DNA of 64,000 bases from an uncultured bacterium (GTDB lineage Bacteria; Cyanobacteriota; Vampirovibrionia; Gastranaerophilales; Gastranaerophilaceae). The stretch is taken from assembly GCA_949283255.1 (NCBI GenBank), contig CASDRS010000001.1, forward strand, positions 51,749 to 115,748, given 5' to 3'. Position 1 is the stretch's first letter, and each line of letters starts with the position of its first letter. The notes below the pieces were generated by a model. The model ran no database searches. It was not told the DNA's origin and was given only the letters and a program-made list of their open reading frames with translations. The translations under genes and the position numbers were made by a program. Below, one piece after another: positions 9,771 through 18,034 of the stretch.

Positions 9771-10117
9771 TTAATAGGCGTTCTATCGGTAGTGCCGGCG
9801 AAGATATGGCATGTAAATATTTAGAGAAAAACGGTTATCAAATTCTTGAGAGGAATAAGCATTATTCCAGATTTTGTGAGATAGATATAATTGCAAAAGT
9901 AAAAGATACAGTGGTTTTTGTTGAGGTTAAGAGTCGCAAGACAGATAATTACGGGACCCCTTTTGAGGCGATTACAAAAAGTAAATATGAAAATATATGC
10001 AAGGGTGTCAGATATTACCTATCAGAGCATCCTACAAAAAAGTATAGGATAGATGTAATAGGAATTACACTTGAGCCAGAGGTGAAAATAGAGCATTTGA
10101 AAAATGTTTCTATTTGA
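9752..10117 (+). CDS. yraN: YraN family (UPF0102) endonuclease-like protein
   Basis: The pattern G.AGED.A..YL...GY.ILERN.....EIDIIA......VFVEVKSR......G.P....T..K matches the YraN family. It overlaps the queF end by 19 nt. Confidence 0.7.
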   Translation: MWYKTVINRRSIGSAGEDMACKYLEKNGYQILERNKHYSRFCEIDIIAKVKDTVVFVEVKSRKTDNYGTPFEAITKSKYENICKGVRYYLSEHPTKKYRIDVIGITLEPEVKIEHLKNVSI

Positions 10118-11216
10118 TTGCGCCGTTTTCTACGTTATATAATTTTACCCCTTCAAGGAATTTTTCCTCAAATAAAAGTGTATCTACTGATGTAATAATT
10201 GTTTGCGTACCTTTGTTGATTGATTGAAGCAGATAATTTTGTCTGAGGTCATCCAGTTCTGCTAAAACATCGTCAAGAAGTAATACAGGCTCATCCCCTG
10301 TTTTTGCAGTTATAATGTCAAGTTCTGAAAGCTTCAGAGCAAGAACAATGGTTCTTTGTTGCCCTTGAGAGGCAAATTTTGAAGCATCATTGTTATTTAT
10401 AAAGAATTCAATATCGTCTCTGTGAGGGCCAAGGCAACTTTGACCTCGACGAAGTTCTTCTCCTTTTTTTTCTTCAATGGCAACTTTAAAAGCTTCTACT
10501 ATTTGATCCAACTCTTTTTGCTCATCACCCAAAAATAAGCAATTGTAGCGGATTTTTAGCTCTTCTGTAGAGCTAATGATTCTGTGTTTGTCTTTTGCTA
10601 TTTTTTCAATTTCGTCTAAAAACTTTATTCTCAAATATATTATGTTACTTCCGGTTATTACCAGTTGTTCATTGTATACGTCCAATAAGGTTTCGTTAAG
10701 ATTTCCTGTTTTTAGGTATTCTTTAAGGCAGTTGTTTTTTTGTATACGTATTTTATCGTATTTTGAAAGCCTTTCGTCATAGGCAGGATAGATTTGAGAT
10801 ATAGCTCTATCAAGCCAGTCTCTTCTATCAGAAGGATTACCTCTAAGAAGCATCAAGTCTGCTGTTGAAAATAGTACCGTTTTTAATACTGTTTTAAAGT
10901 TTTTCGGAGTTGTTTTAACTTTATTGACTTTGAGCTCTCGATGTTTTTCTCTGTCGTAGCTGTAATCCAGCTCAACTTCGGTGTTTGATTTGATAATATT
11001 TGCACTGATTGTAACTTTATCCTTTTCAAAATTAATTAACTCCTGAATATTCGAAGTTCTTGGGGTTTTTAGTGAAGATAAAAAATAAATGCTTTCAAGA
11101 ATGTTTGTTTTGCCTTGAGCATTTTTACCGATAATAAGGATTTTATCGGATTTTAAATCAAGATAAAGCTCCCCGTAATTTCTGTAATTTGTAAGCTGTA
11201 AATTAATCAGTCTCAT
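10110..11216 (-). CDS. recF: DNA replication and repair protein RecF
   Basis: N-terminus MRLINLQLTNYRNY, Walker A GKNAQGKTNILE, signature-like SQGQQRT and Walker B LLLDDVLAELD. The ATG at 11216 is preferred. The track ORF extends to a TTG at 11234. Confidence 0.88.
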   Translation of the reverse strand: MRLINLQLTNYRNYGELYLDLKSDKILIIGKNAQGKTNILESIYFLSSLKTPRTSNIQELINFEKDKVTISANIIKSNTEVELDYSYDREKHRELKVNKVKTTPKNFKTVLKTVLFSTADLMLLRGNPSDRRDWLDRAISQIYPAYDERLSKYDKIRIQKNNCLKEYLKTGNLNETLLDVYNEQLVITGSNIIYLRIKFLDEIEKIAKDKHRIISSTEELKIRYNCLFLGDEQKELDQIVEAFKVAIEEKKGEELRRGQSCLGPHRDDIEFFINNNDASKFASQGQQRTIVLALKLSELDIITAKTGDEPVLLLDDVLAELDDLRQNYLLQSINKGTQTIITSVDTLLFEEKFLEGVKLYNVENGAIK

Positions 11217-11258
11217 ATATGAATTATACTTCAAACAAATGATTATTTTTTTTATGGA

Positions 11259-11287
11259 TTGATGAAAATAGTAATATAGCGTATAAT
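11259..11287 (+). promoter_or_regulatory. putative sigma70-type promoter
   Basis: TTGATG at 11259-11264, a 17-nt spacer, then a perfect TATAAT at 11282-11287, upstream of the small ORF and pilT. Confidence 0.45.
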
Positions 11288-11322
11288 TGTTGCATAATAA
11301 TGCATAAATAAAGAGGTTGTAT

Positions 11323-11574
11323 ATGTTACCTATTGTTACGGAAGAAGTTTCGATGGCGGCATTTTCGGAGATATTTAAAGATATGCCGGCTTGGCGAAAG
11401 AAGATGATCCACTACATAAAAGAGGAAAATCCAGAGATAAACACGGCAATAATTGAGGCTGCTAATAAAACAGACCTTGATCCGAAGGCAGTTGCTCTTG
11501 GGGCATACATGACTTATAATTTAATTGAGCTTGCAATGCAAGAAAACGAACAAATAATGAATTTCAAAGAGTAG
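11323..11574 (+). CDS. hypothetical small helical protein
   Basis: The ATG at 11323 lies 6 nt after AAGAGG. 83 aa with no motif recognised. It ends 14 nt before pilT, so it is probably co-transcribed with it. Confidence 0.4.
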   Translation: MLPIVTEEVSMAAFSEIFKDMPAWRKKMIHYIKEENPEINTAIIEAANKTDLDPKAVALGAYMTYNLIELAMQENEQIMNFKE

Positions 11575-11588
11575 AATGAGAGGGTATA

Positions 11589-12662
11589 ATGGTTGCGATA
11601 GAAGAACTTTTAGAAAAACTTGTAAAAAATAACGGTAGTGACTTGCATATATCAAGTGCGTTGCCTCCGGTAATGCGTGTGGATGGTAATTTGAAGAGAA
11701 TGGATTATCCGCCGCTTTCTCCGGAAGACGTTGAAAATTTACTTTTTCCAATGCTTTCAAACGAGCAGAGAAGAAAGCTTGAACAAGAATGGGAACTTGA
11801 CTTTTCATATGGTATAGAAGGCTTAAGCCGTTTCAGGGTTAACTTTTACAAGGATAAAGGTAATTATGCGGCAGCATTCAGAACGATTACATCAACCGTA
11901 CCTTCATTTGAACAACTGGGGTTGCCTGAAATTGTTAGAACAACTGCAGAAAAGCCAAGAGGTTTGATTTTGGTAACAGGGCCTACAGGTTCAGGTAAAT
12001 CAACAACACTGGCCGCTATGATAGACTATATTAATACAACTCGTGCAGAGCACATTTTAACAATTGAAGACCCTGTCGAATTTGTTCATACATCAAAGTC
12101 AAGTATTATTCACCAACGTGAGTTGGGTATGGATACCAGATCATTTGCAAACGCTTTAAAATCAGCACTTCGTGAAGACCCTGATATTATTCTTGTAGGT
12201 GAGATGAGAGACCACGAAACTATTGCGTTGGCTTTGACAGCCGCTGAAACAGGTCACTTGGTTTTCGGAACCTTGCACACCTCTTCAGCTTCTCAAACCG
12301 TTGACCGTATTATCGACGTATTCCCTGAAGGTCAACAACAACAAATTCGTGTACAGCTTGCAAACTCTCTTGTTGCTGTATTCGCTCAAACTTTGCTTCC
12401 TAAAGTTCAACCTGACGGAACTAAGAAGGGCCGTGTTATGGCTCAGGAAATCATGCTTGTTATTCCGGCTATTGCTAACCTTATTCGTGAAGCAAAGGCT
12501 GCACAGATTTATTCTACAATTCAGATGAACCAAGGTTTGGGTATGCAAACATTGGAAATGGCTCTTGCTAGTTTATATAAGCAAAAGGTTATTACCCTTG
12601 AAGATGCTCTTTCAAAAACATCCAGACCTGATGAATTAAAGAGAATGTTAACTGTTCGTTAA
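11589..12662 (+). CDS. pilT: type IV pilus retraction ATPase PilT
   Basis: 357 aa. N-terminus GSDLHI, Walker A GPTGSGKST, Asp box, Walker B ILVGEMRD and His box TGHLVFGTLHT. Length and motifs fit PilT rather than PilB. Confidence 0.9.
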   Translation: MVAIEELLEKLVKNNGSDLHISSALPPVMRVDGNLKRMDYPPLSPEDVENLLFPMLSNEQRRKLEQEWELDFSYGIEGLSRFRVNFYKDKGNYAAAFRTITSTVPSFEQLGLPEIVRTTAEKPRGLILVTGPTGSGKSTTLAAMIDYINTTRAEHILTIEDPVEFVHTSKSSIIHQRELGMDTRSFANALKSALREDPDIILVGEMRDHETIALALTAAETGHLVFGTLHTSSASQTVDRIIDVFPEGQQQQIRVQLANSLVAVFAQTLLPKVQPDGTKKGRVMAQEIMLVIPAIANLIREAKAAQIYSTIQMNQGLGMQTLEMALASLYKQKVITLEDALSKTSRPDELKRMLTVR

Positions 12663-12690
12663 TTGATTTATTATATAACTTTTTATAAAA

Positions 12691-12724
12691 ATACCGTCTC
12701 AATTTTGAGGCGGTATTTTTTTTT
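12691..12724. terminator. bidirectional intrinsic terminator (pilT / ychF)
   Basis: ATACCGTCTC-AATTTT-GAGGCGGTAT is a 10-bp stem with one G.U pair. It is flanked by an A-run on one side and a T-run on the other, and lies between convergent genes. Confidence 0.7.
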
Positions 12725-12744
12725 ATTATTATTTGTATTAGTTC

Positions 12745-13839
12745 TTAAACTGCAAATCTAAAGTGTACGATATCTCCGTCTTGAACTACATAATCTTTAC
12801 CTTCAAGTCTTGTAACACCCTTTTCTTTACAAGCAGTATATGAACCGTATTTTACAAATTCCTCGTAAGGTGTAATTTCAGCTCTGATAAAGCCTTTTTC
12901 AAAGTCTGTATGGATTACTCCGGCTGCTTGAGGCGCTTTTGCACCTGCCGGTATGGTCCAAGCTCGAACTTCTTTCTCTCCTGCGGTGATAAATGTTCTT
13001 AAATCAAGCAGGTGATATACGGTTTTTATCATTCTGTTTATTCCGCTATCATCAATTCCGAGTTCCTTGAGGTAAGCTAGGGCTTCTGAACCAAGTTCAC
13101 TTAATTCTTCCTCAATCTTTGCAGAAATGATTACCATTTCTGCACTATGATTTTTAGCATATTCATCAACCAGTTTTGTATAATTATTTCCGTCTTTCAG
13201 GTCAAACTCAGATACGTTTGCCGCATAGATAACTGGTTTTGTAGACATTAGATTTAATTGTTTTACAAAAGGTATTTCGTCTTCATTGAAAATATCTTTT
13301 ATATTTATAAATGTTCCTTTGTTCAATAAATCAGTTAGAGTTTCAAGAACGCCTGCTTCTATAACAGCATCTTTGTCTCCTGCTTTTACTTGTTTTGCAA
13401 TTCTTGCTTGACGTTTTTCAACAGATGCAAGATCTGCCAGCGCAAGTTCTGTGTTGATAGTATCAATATCATCAAGCGGGTTTACTTTCCCTGCAACGTG
13501 GATGGTATTCGGATCATCAAAGCATCTTACAACTTGTATGATAGCATCAACCTCTCTTATGTTATGTAAAAATTGGTTTCCAAGTCCTTCGCCTTTGCTT
13601 GCACCCTTTACCAAGCCTGCAATATCTACAAATTCTATTGCGGTTGGGATTATTTGTTGTGTTTTACAAAGTTTTGCAAGTACTTCAAGCCTTTCATCAG
13701 GTACGTTGACTACTCCTACATTCGGCTCAATTGTACAAAATGGATAATTCGCGCTCTGCGCATTCTTTGCACTTGTAAGTGCGTTAAATAGGGTTGATTT
13801 TCCAACGTTTGGAAGCCCTACAATTCCGGTTCTAAGCAT
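12745..13839 (-). CDS. ychF: redox-regulated ribosome-binding ATPase YchF
   Basis: GIVGLPNVGKSTLFNA, the TGS-like C-terminus and DGDIVHFRF. The ATG at 13839 lies 10 nt after AAGGA. The track ORF starts at a TTG at 13848. Confidence 0.93.
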   Translation of the reverse strand: MLRTGIVGLPNVGKSTLFNALTSAKNAQSANYPFCTIEPNVGVVNVPDERLEVLAKLCKTQQIIPTAIEFVDIAGLVKGASKGEGLGNQFLHNIREVDAIIQVVRCFDDPNTIHVAGKVNPLDDIDTINTELALADLASVEKRQARIAKQVKAGDKDAVIEAGVLETLTDLLNKGTFINIKDIFNEDEIPFVKQLNLMSTKPVIYAANVSEFDLKDGNNYTKLVDEYAKNHSAEMVIISAKIEEELSELGSEALAYLKELGIDDSGINRMIKTVYHLLDLRTFITAGEKEVRAWTIPAGAKAPQAAGVIHTDFEKGFIRAEITPYEEFVKYGSYTACKEKGVTRLEGKDYVVQDGDIVHFRFAV

Positions 13840-13958
13840 TATACTCAATTCCTTATTAAAATTTCTCTATACATTTATGCTTATTTTAGCTAAAAAACCA
13901 CTCTTTGTAAAGTCGACAGCTTTTGTAAATATTTCTTCATAAAATATCAAAATATTTA

Positions 13959-13987
13959 TTGATGTTTTTTTATAAATAGTATATTAT
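13959..13987 (+). promoter_or_regulatory. putative sigma70-type promoter
   Basis: TTGATG at 13959-13964, a 17-nt spacer, then TATTAT at 13982-13987, upstream of the multi-wHTH gene. Confidence 0.35.
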
Positions 13988-14000
13988 TAAGCTGAATTGT

Positions 14001-15185
14001 GTGAATATAGAGTGTGTTAATATGCAAATAAATTATGTACTTCCAAAGAAATCAAATTTGAGAAGAATTAAAATTAGTGATATTACTTATCCGATACCGG
14101 ATTTGAAACTTATTGATGAATCCAAGGTATTGGTTATAGCTAAGTGGTTTACGTGCTGGATTGACAATGATTTGGCACAAAACAAGATTTTTGTTAATGA
14201 TCTGTTACCTACAAAAGCTGAATTTGCTTACTTTTTGGGTGTCAGCGTAGGAACTATTCAAAATGCTTTAAGGTATATAGAAGACTTGGGTTATGTTGAA
14301 TCCAAGCAAAGAATCGGTACTCTGATAAAGGATAGAAGTATTAAAAGCCAGAATATGAGGAAGTTAACTTCTAAAAGAGAAATTGCTATTATAGAGATTA
14401 AAAAGTTTATAATCTCCAATAAGTTGAAAGTCGGGCAGTCTCTTCCATCGTCAAGAGCAATATCAACTTTAATTGGCTGCTCTGCTAATACTACCAGATT
14501 AGCCTTGGAGTATTTATGTTCTTCCGGAATTTTATCTCACACAACTCAGCAGGCTAAGGATAACGGATGGATTGTAAAATCGTTGGATTTTGAAAAGTCA
14601 TCCTTGACAAGTTCAAGTGTTGTTCATAAGACTCTTGTTGATAAAGTTGAAAGTGATTTGAAATCATATATTAATAATAATTTGAAAGTCGGTGATAAAC
14701 TCCCTCCGCACGAACAATTGTCTGAACTTTTGAAAGTTAGTATAAAGACTGTTCATGACGCCCTGAAAACATTGATAGATGAAGGAGTTCTTCTTACCAG
14801 ACGCGGAAGATACGGTACAACTGTCATTAAACTTCCAAAAGATGTTATGAAAGATTCTGAAAGATTAGAAAAATCCATATTTGCACCGGCAAAAGATACA
14901 GCATTTTATTATTATGAAAAGACTCAAAATGCAATCAAATCAATGATTGCAGAGCATTATGAAGTAGGTTCAAAGTTACCTTCCATATTGGAACTTTCAA
15001 AAGCTATGGATTTGAGCCCTAATACTATCAGAAGAGCTTTTCATAATCTTGCAAAAGAAGGTTATATTGTATTTTCGCGTGGAAGATACGGTGGAACTTT
15101 TGTAGTTGATATTCCGCAAAGCGGCGAGGAAACATTCAAGTGGCTTGCAGTAAATCCTCAGTATGCAAAAATGTACGATAATTAA
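14001..15185 (+). CDS. GntR-type DNA-binding protein with four tandem winged-helix modules
   Basis: Four serial copies of the GntR HTH signature (see findings) and no effector-domain motifs. The start is either the GTG at 14001 or the ATG at 14022, and neither has a clear SD. Confidence 0.6.
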   Translation: MNIECVNMQINYVLPKKSNLRRIKISDITYPIPDLKLIDESKVLVIAKWFTCWIDNDLAQNKIFVNDLLPTKAEFAYFLGVSVGTIQNALRYIEDLGYVESKQRIGTLIKDRSIKSQNMRKLTSKREIAIIEIKKFIISNKLKVGQSLPSSRAISTLIGCSANTTRLALEYLCSSGILSHTTQQAKDNGWIVKSLDFEKSSLTSSSVVHKTLVDKVESDLKSYINNNLKVGDKLPPHEQLSELLKVSIKTVHDALKTLIDEGVLLTRRGRYGTTVIKLPKDVMKDSERLEKSIFAPAKDTAFYYYEKTQNAIKSMIAEHYEVGSKLPSILELSKAMDLSPNTIRRAFHNLAKEGYIVFSRGRYGGTFVVDIPQSGEETFKWLAVNPQYAKMYDN

Positions 15186-15205
15186 TTCAGGATTGAATAA
15201 TATAT

Positions 15206-15240
15206 ATAAAAAAATCGGGCAGTCCGAAGAATGCCCGGTA
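15206..15240 (-). terminator. intrinsic terminator downstream of cobO
   Basis: On the minus strand the sequence ACCGGGCAT-loop-TGCCCGAT forms an 8-bp stem with one wobble pair, followed by TTTTTTT. It may also stop the convergent plus-strand gene weakly. Confidence 0.6.
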
Positions 15241-15283
15241 TTTCATTTCTGAAACAAAAAGGATTTACATTAACTTAAGTCTG

Positions 15284-15817
15284 TTAATATTCAATGCCCT
15301 GTCTTGCCATAACACCGATATCAAAATAGTGTTTGATAGGTTTCATTTCAGTTACAAGATGAGCCATTGCTTTAAGCTCAGGATGAGCATATCTTCCTGT
15401 TAACACAATCTCAAGGTTTTCAGGTTTGTGTAACAATACATCTTTAACATCACTGACTTTAATCATGTTCATAGCTGTACAAATATTGATTTCATCAAGG
15501 ATAATCAGTTGATATTCACCTGAATTAATTGCCTTCTTAGCATATTCCCAACCTTTTTTTGCCTCTTTAAAATCATCCATACAAACATTGTGTGAATAAC
15601 AAACTCTGTCCATACCAAACTGAACAACGTCCAAATTTGGTAAAAATTTAGAAGAGGTAATAATTTCGCCATAAGAAGTAGCGCTGTCGCCTTTTGTAAA
15701 TTGGATAATAAGAACTTTCCAACCATGCCCCAAAGCTCTTAGAGCTAAACCCAAAGCTGCAGTCGTTTTTCCCTTTCCATCTCCGGTGTAAATTTGAATA
15801 TAACCATGCTCTAACAC
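15284..15817 (-). CDS. cobO: cob(I)yrinic acid a,c-diamide adenosyltransferase (CobA/CobO/BtuR type)
   Basis: 177 aa with P-loop GDGKGKTTAALG and the patterns IIQF.KG and LDEI. GTG start 8 nt after GGAGG. Confidence 0.85.
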   Translation of the reverse strand: MLEHGYIQIYTGDGKGKTTAALGLALRALGHGWKVLIIQFTKGDSATSYGEIITSSKFLPNLDVVQFGMDRVCYSHNVCMDDFKEAKKGWEYAKKAINSGEYQLIILDEINICTAMNMIKVSDVKDVLLHKPENLEIVLTGRYAHPELKAMAHLVTEMKPIKHYFDIGVMARQGIEY

Positions 15818-16090
15818 TTCTAACTACCTCCGATACAAAATAAAATTTCTTCTTTACATCACCATCTTAAACGATTTTTGAAAAGAAATAATCGTTCTTT
15901 TGATTGATTCCCCCGAGACGGAAATTACAACTCCCCGCCTCCCAAGATTTGTATATCTATCATAAATCTAAAAGAAAAAAATGACACACTTTTTTGTCTC
16001 TCCATGCCAATCTCGTTACAATAAATTTTTACTAAATTCTGAATAAATAGTATTTGTAACACTTTTAACCAAAGTACGATTTTCCTAAAA

Positions 16091-16113
16091 AATTTACAAT
16101 TGGTTTGTAAATT
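16091..16113. promoter_or_regulatory. perfect 9+9 inverted repeat, candidate operator
   Basis: AATTTACAA-TTGGT-TTGTAAATT. It lies in the 539-bp divergent intergenic region between cobO and the coiled-coil gene. Confidence 0.35.
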
Positions 16114-16356
16114 TAGTGTTACAAAAACTTGCAAAGTTTGAAAGAAATCTCTGGCAAAGGGTTTCCGTTAACCTTTTAATTATTAAGTCTTGTTAATGCA
16201 AAATGAATAAGATTTATAAAATACGGGTATATTATAAGTAAATACAAAAAATATACTATTTATTAACAAATGTAACAAAAAACTTGCGAGGATGAAATAA
16301 TTGAACACAAAAAATCTTTATATATATAAGTTAACAATTCGAGAGAGTATAGAGAG

Positions 16357-17898
16357 ATGAACGTCGAGTTAAAATTTAAACCTGGGGTTCGAACATCATT
16401 AAATTCGAACAACAATATACGCGATAACTTCTCCTCCGATAAAACAAAAGCGGGGGGTACTCAAACGCGTAATGCGACGGCAAGTTCAGCGACAACAAAC
16501 TTGGCTTCAATGTCTCGTGCAAGCGGAAATTGGAATTCAAGTACAGGTTCTATATTGAATAATAATGCCCCTGTTCGTTCAATGAATAACAGAGTTAAAA
16601 GTGGTACTACTACGACTACAGCTTCAAGTTCTGTAACTTCTCCAAAACAGGGTACAGTAAGAAGTAGTAATTATGTAGGAGCATCTTTGACTCCGGCATA
16701 TACACAACCGAAATACACTCAGTTCCAAAATTGGGGCTTTACAAGAACTTCTAATATGACCGGTTATAATGATAGGGCAATGCAGAGATTGCAGGATGCC
16801 GCTTATGGACAAGGTGCTTATGTAACAAGTTATGCTCAAGCTACTCAAGCTAGTCAAAGTTTGGATCTTGCAGCTACTGCTACAACAGTTATTGATCTTG
16901 TAAAAACCGGTAAAGAAATAGTTGACATATTTAAGGGCAGTAAGGGTTCTGATGGAGGAACCGTAAGTGAGGCTGCAACGGCTGCTATAAAGAATATGAA
17001 ATCTGCAAATGATTCTGCAACACTTGGTTCTGCAATATCTAATGCTAAACAGGATTTGACTAATACAAAGGCTTCACTTGCTGAAATGAAGACTCAATTA
17101 GACACGGCAAAAGCTGAACAGCCTACTTGTGAGGCAAATCTTAAAAATGCACAGACAACGTTTACTAATCTTGAAACACAGGTTAAGGCACAAAAAGAAA
17201 TTGCAAATAAAGAGTCAACTACATTGCCTGGCTTGAAGACAGCTTGGGATTCTGCACAGGCTCAAGTCGATGCTATGCCTGAAAATACGCCGGAAGAAAA
17301 AGCTGCAAAAGAAACTGCTCAAAAACAGGTTGATGAAAAGCAAAAGAAAGCTTATGAAGATCTGAAAGCTCAAATTGATGCAGCAAAAGAACAACTTAAA
17401 ACTTTAGAGCCTCAATTAGCACAAGCAAAAACTGATGTTCAAACAGCTCAGGAAGCTTTGAATGCAAATAAGAAAATTCAAGAAGAAACTCCTGCCAAGA
17501 TCAAAGATACTGAAGCTACTATAGCTTCTTATGAAAAAGAAATTCCAAATCAAGAAAAACGTCTTGAAAAGTTAACAAAAGAAGAAGATAAAAAATTCAA
17601 AGAGTTGACTGATGATAAGACTAAATTGGAAGGAGAATGCACAACTTTGAATAACGCCGGAAAGACTGATAAGGCAAAGAAAAAAGAAGAAAAACTGGCA
17701 AAAGTAAATGAAGAAAGAAATGCTCTTCAAGAAAAGATTACTATAAGAAACCTTGATGATGTTCAGTATGCCGGCGGGCATGAGTTTAAGAAAGGACTTG
17801 ATGCGAACGGTCAACCTATCTTTGTAATTGACGGACAAAAAGTTACTGAAGAAGAATATAATAAGCAATTGGGCGTAAAGCCTGAAGGAGAGGAATAA
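16357..17898 (+). CDS. orphan protein: S/T/N-rich N-terminus plus long coiled coil
   Basis: 513 aa. About 160 aa of S/T/N-rich low complexity is followed by about 300 aa of heptad-like K/E/A/Q-rich sequence and a short globular C-terminus. It has its own terminator. No signal peptide or TM helix. Confidence 0.6.
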   Translation: MNVELKFKPGVRTSLNSNNNIRDNFSSDKTKAGGTQTRNATASSATTNLASMSRASGNWNSSTGSILNNNAPVRSMNNRVKSGTTTTTASSSVTSPKQGTVRSSNYVGASLTPAYTQPKYTQFQNWGFTRTSNMTGYNDRAMQRLQDAAYGQGAYVTSYAQATQASQSLDLAATATTVIDLVKTGKEIVDIFKGSKGSDGGTVSEAATAAIKNMKSANDSATLGSAISNAKQDLTNTKASLAEMKTQLDTAKAEQPTCEANLKNAQTTFTNLETQVKAQKEIANKESTTLPGLKTAWDSAQAQVDAMPENTPEEKAAKETAQKQVDEKQKKAYEDLKAQIDAAKEQLKTLEPQLAQAKTDVQTAQEALNANKKIQEETPAKIKDTEATIASYEKEIPNQEKRLEKLTKEEDKKFKELTDDKTKLEGECTTLNNAGKTDKAKKKEEKLAKVNEERNALQEKITIRNLDDVQYAGGHEFKKGLDANGQPIFVIDGQKVTEEEYNKQLGVKPEGEE

Positions 17899-17976
17899 TC
17901 TTTACGTTTCTTCACGAAGAGGTTTACTTTTAAATTTTCTTACGATAAAATACTAAAGAAGACAGTATTGTCAAGC

Positions 17977-18006
17977 AAAAAAGAACGGGAACCCCCGTTC
18001 TTTTTT
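17977..18006 (+). terminator. intrinsic terminator
   Basis: AAAAAAGAACGGG-AACC-CCCGTTCTTTTTT. A GC-cored hairpin with a T-run, about 80 nt after the stop at 17898. Confidence 0.7.
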
Positions 18007-18034
18007 CTTCAATAAGAGGAAAGGTAAGGTGTGT

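Noticed and set aside
15818-15960. Possible cobalamin riboswitch in the leader of cobO (minus strand).
   Set aside because: On the reverse complement I could not find a B12-box-like sequence or the conserved GGGAA/GGTG core. Only a weak 7-bp hairpin (AACGATT...AATCGTT) is present. An Infernal scan is needed to be sure.
15925-16134. 69-aa ORF in the long intergenic region.
   Set aside because: It has no SD, a low-complexity F/L/I/K composition typical of AT-rich non-coding DNA, and it spans the palindromic element.
16378-16398. tRNA T-loop-like GGTTCGAAC.
   Set aside because: It lies inside the coding sequence that starts at 16357. No acceptor or anticodon stems can be drawn around it.
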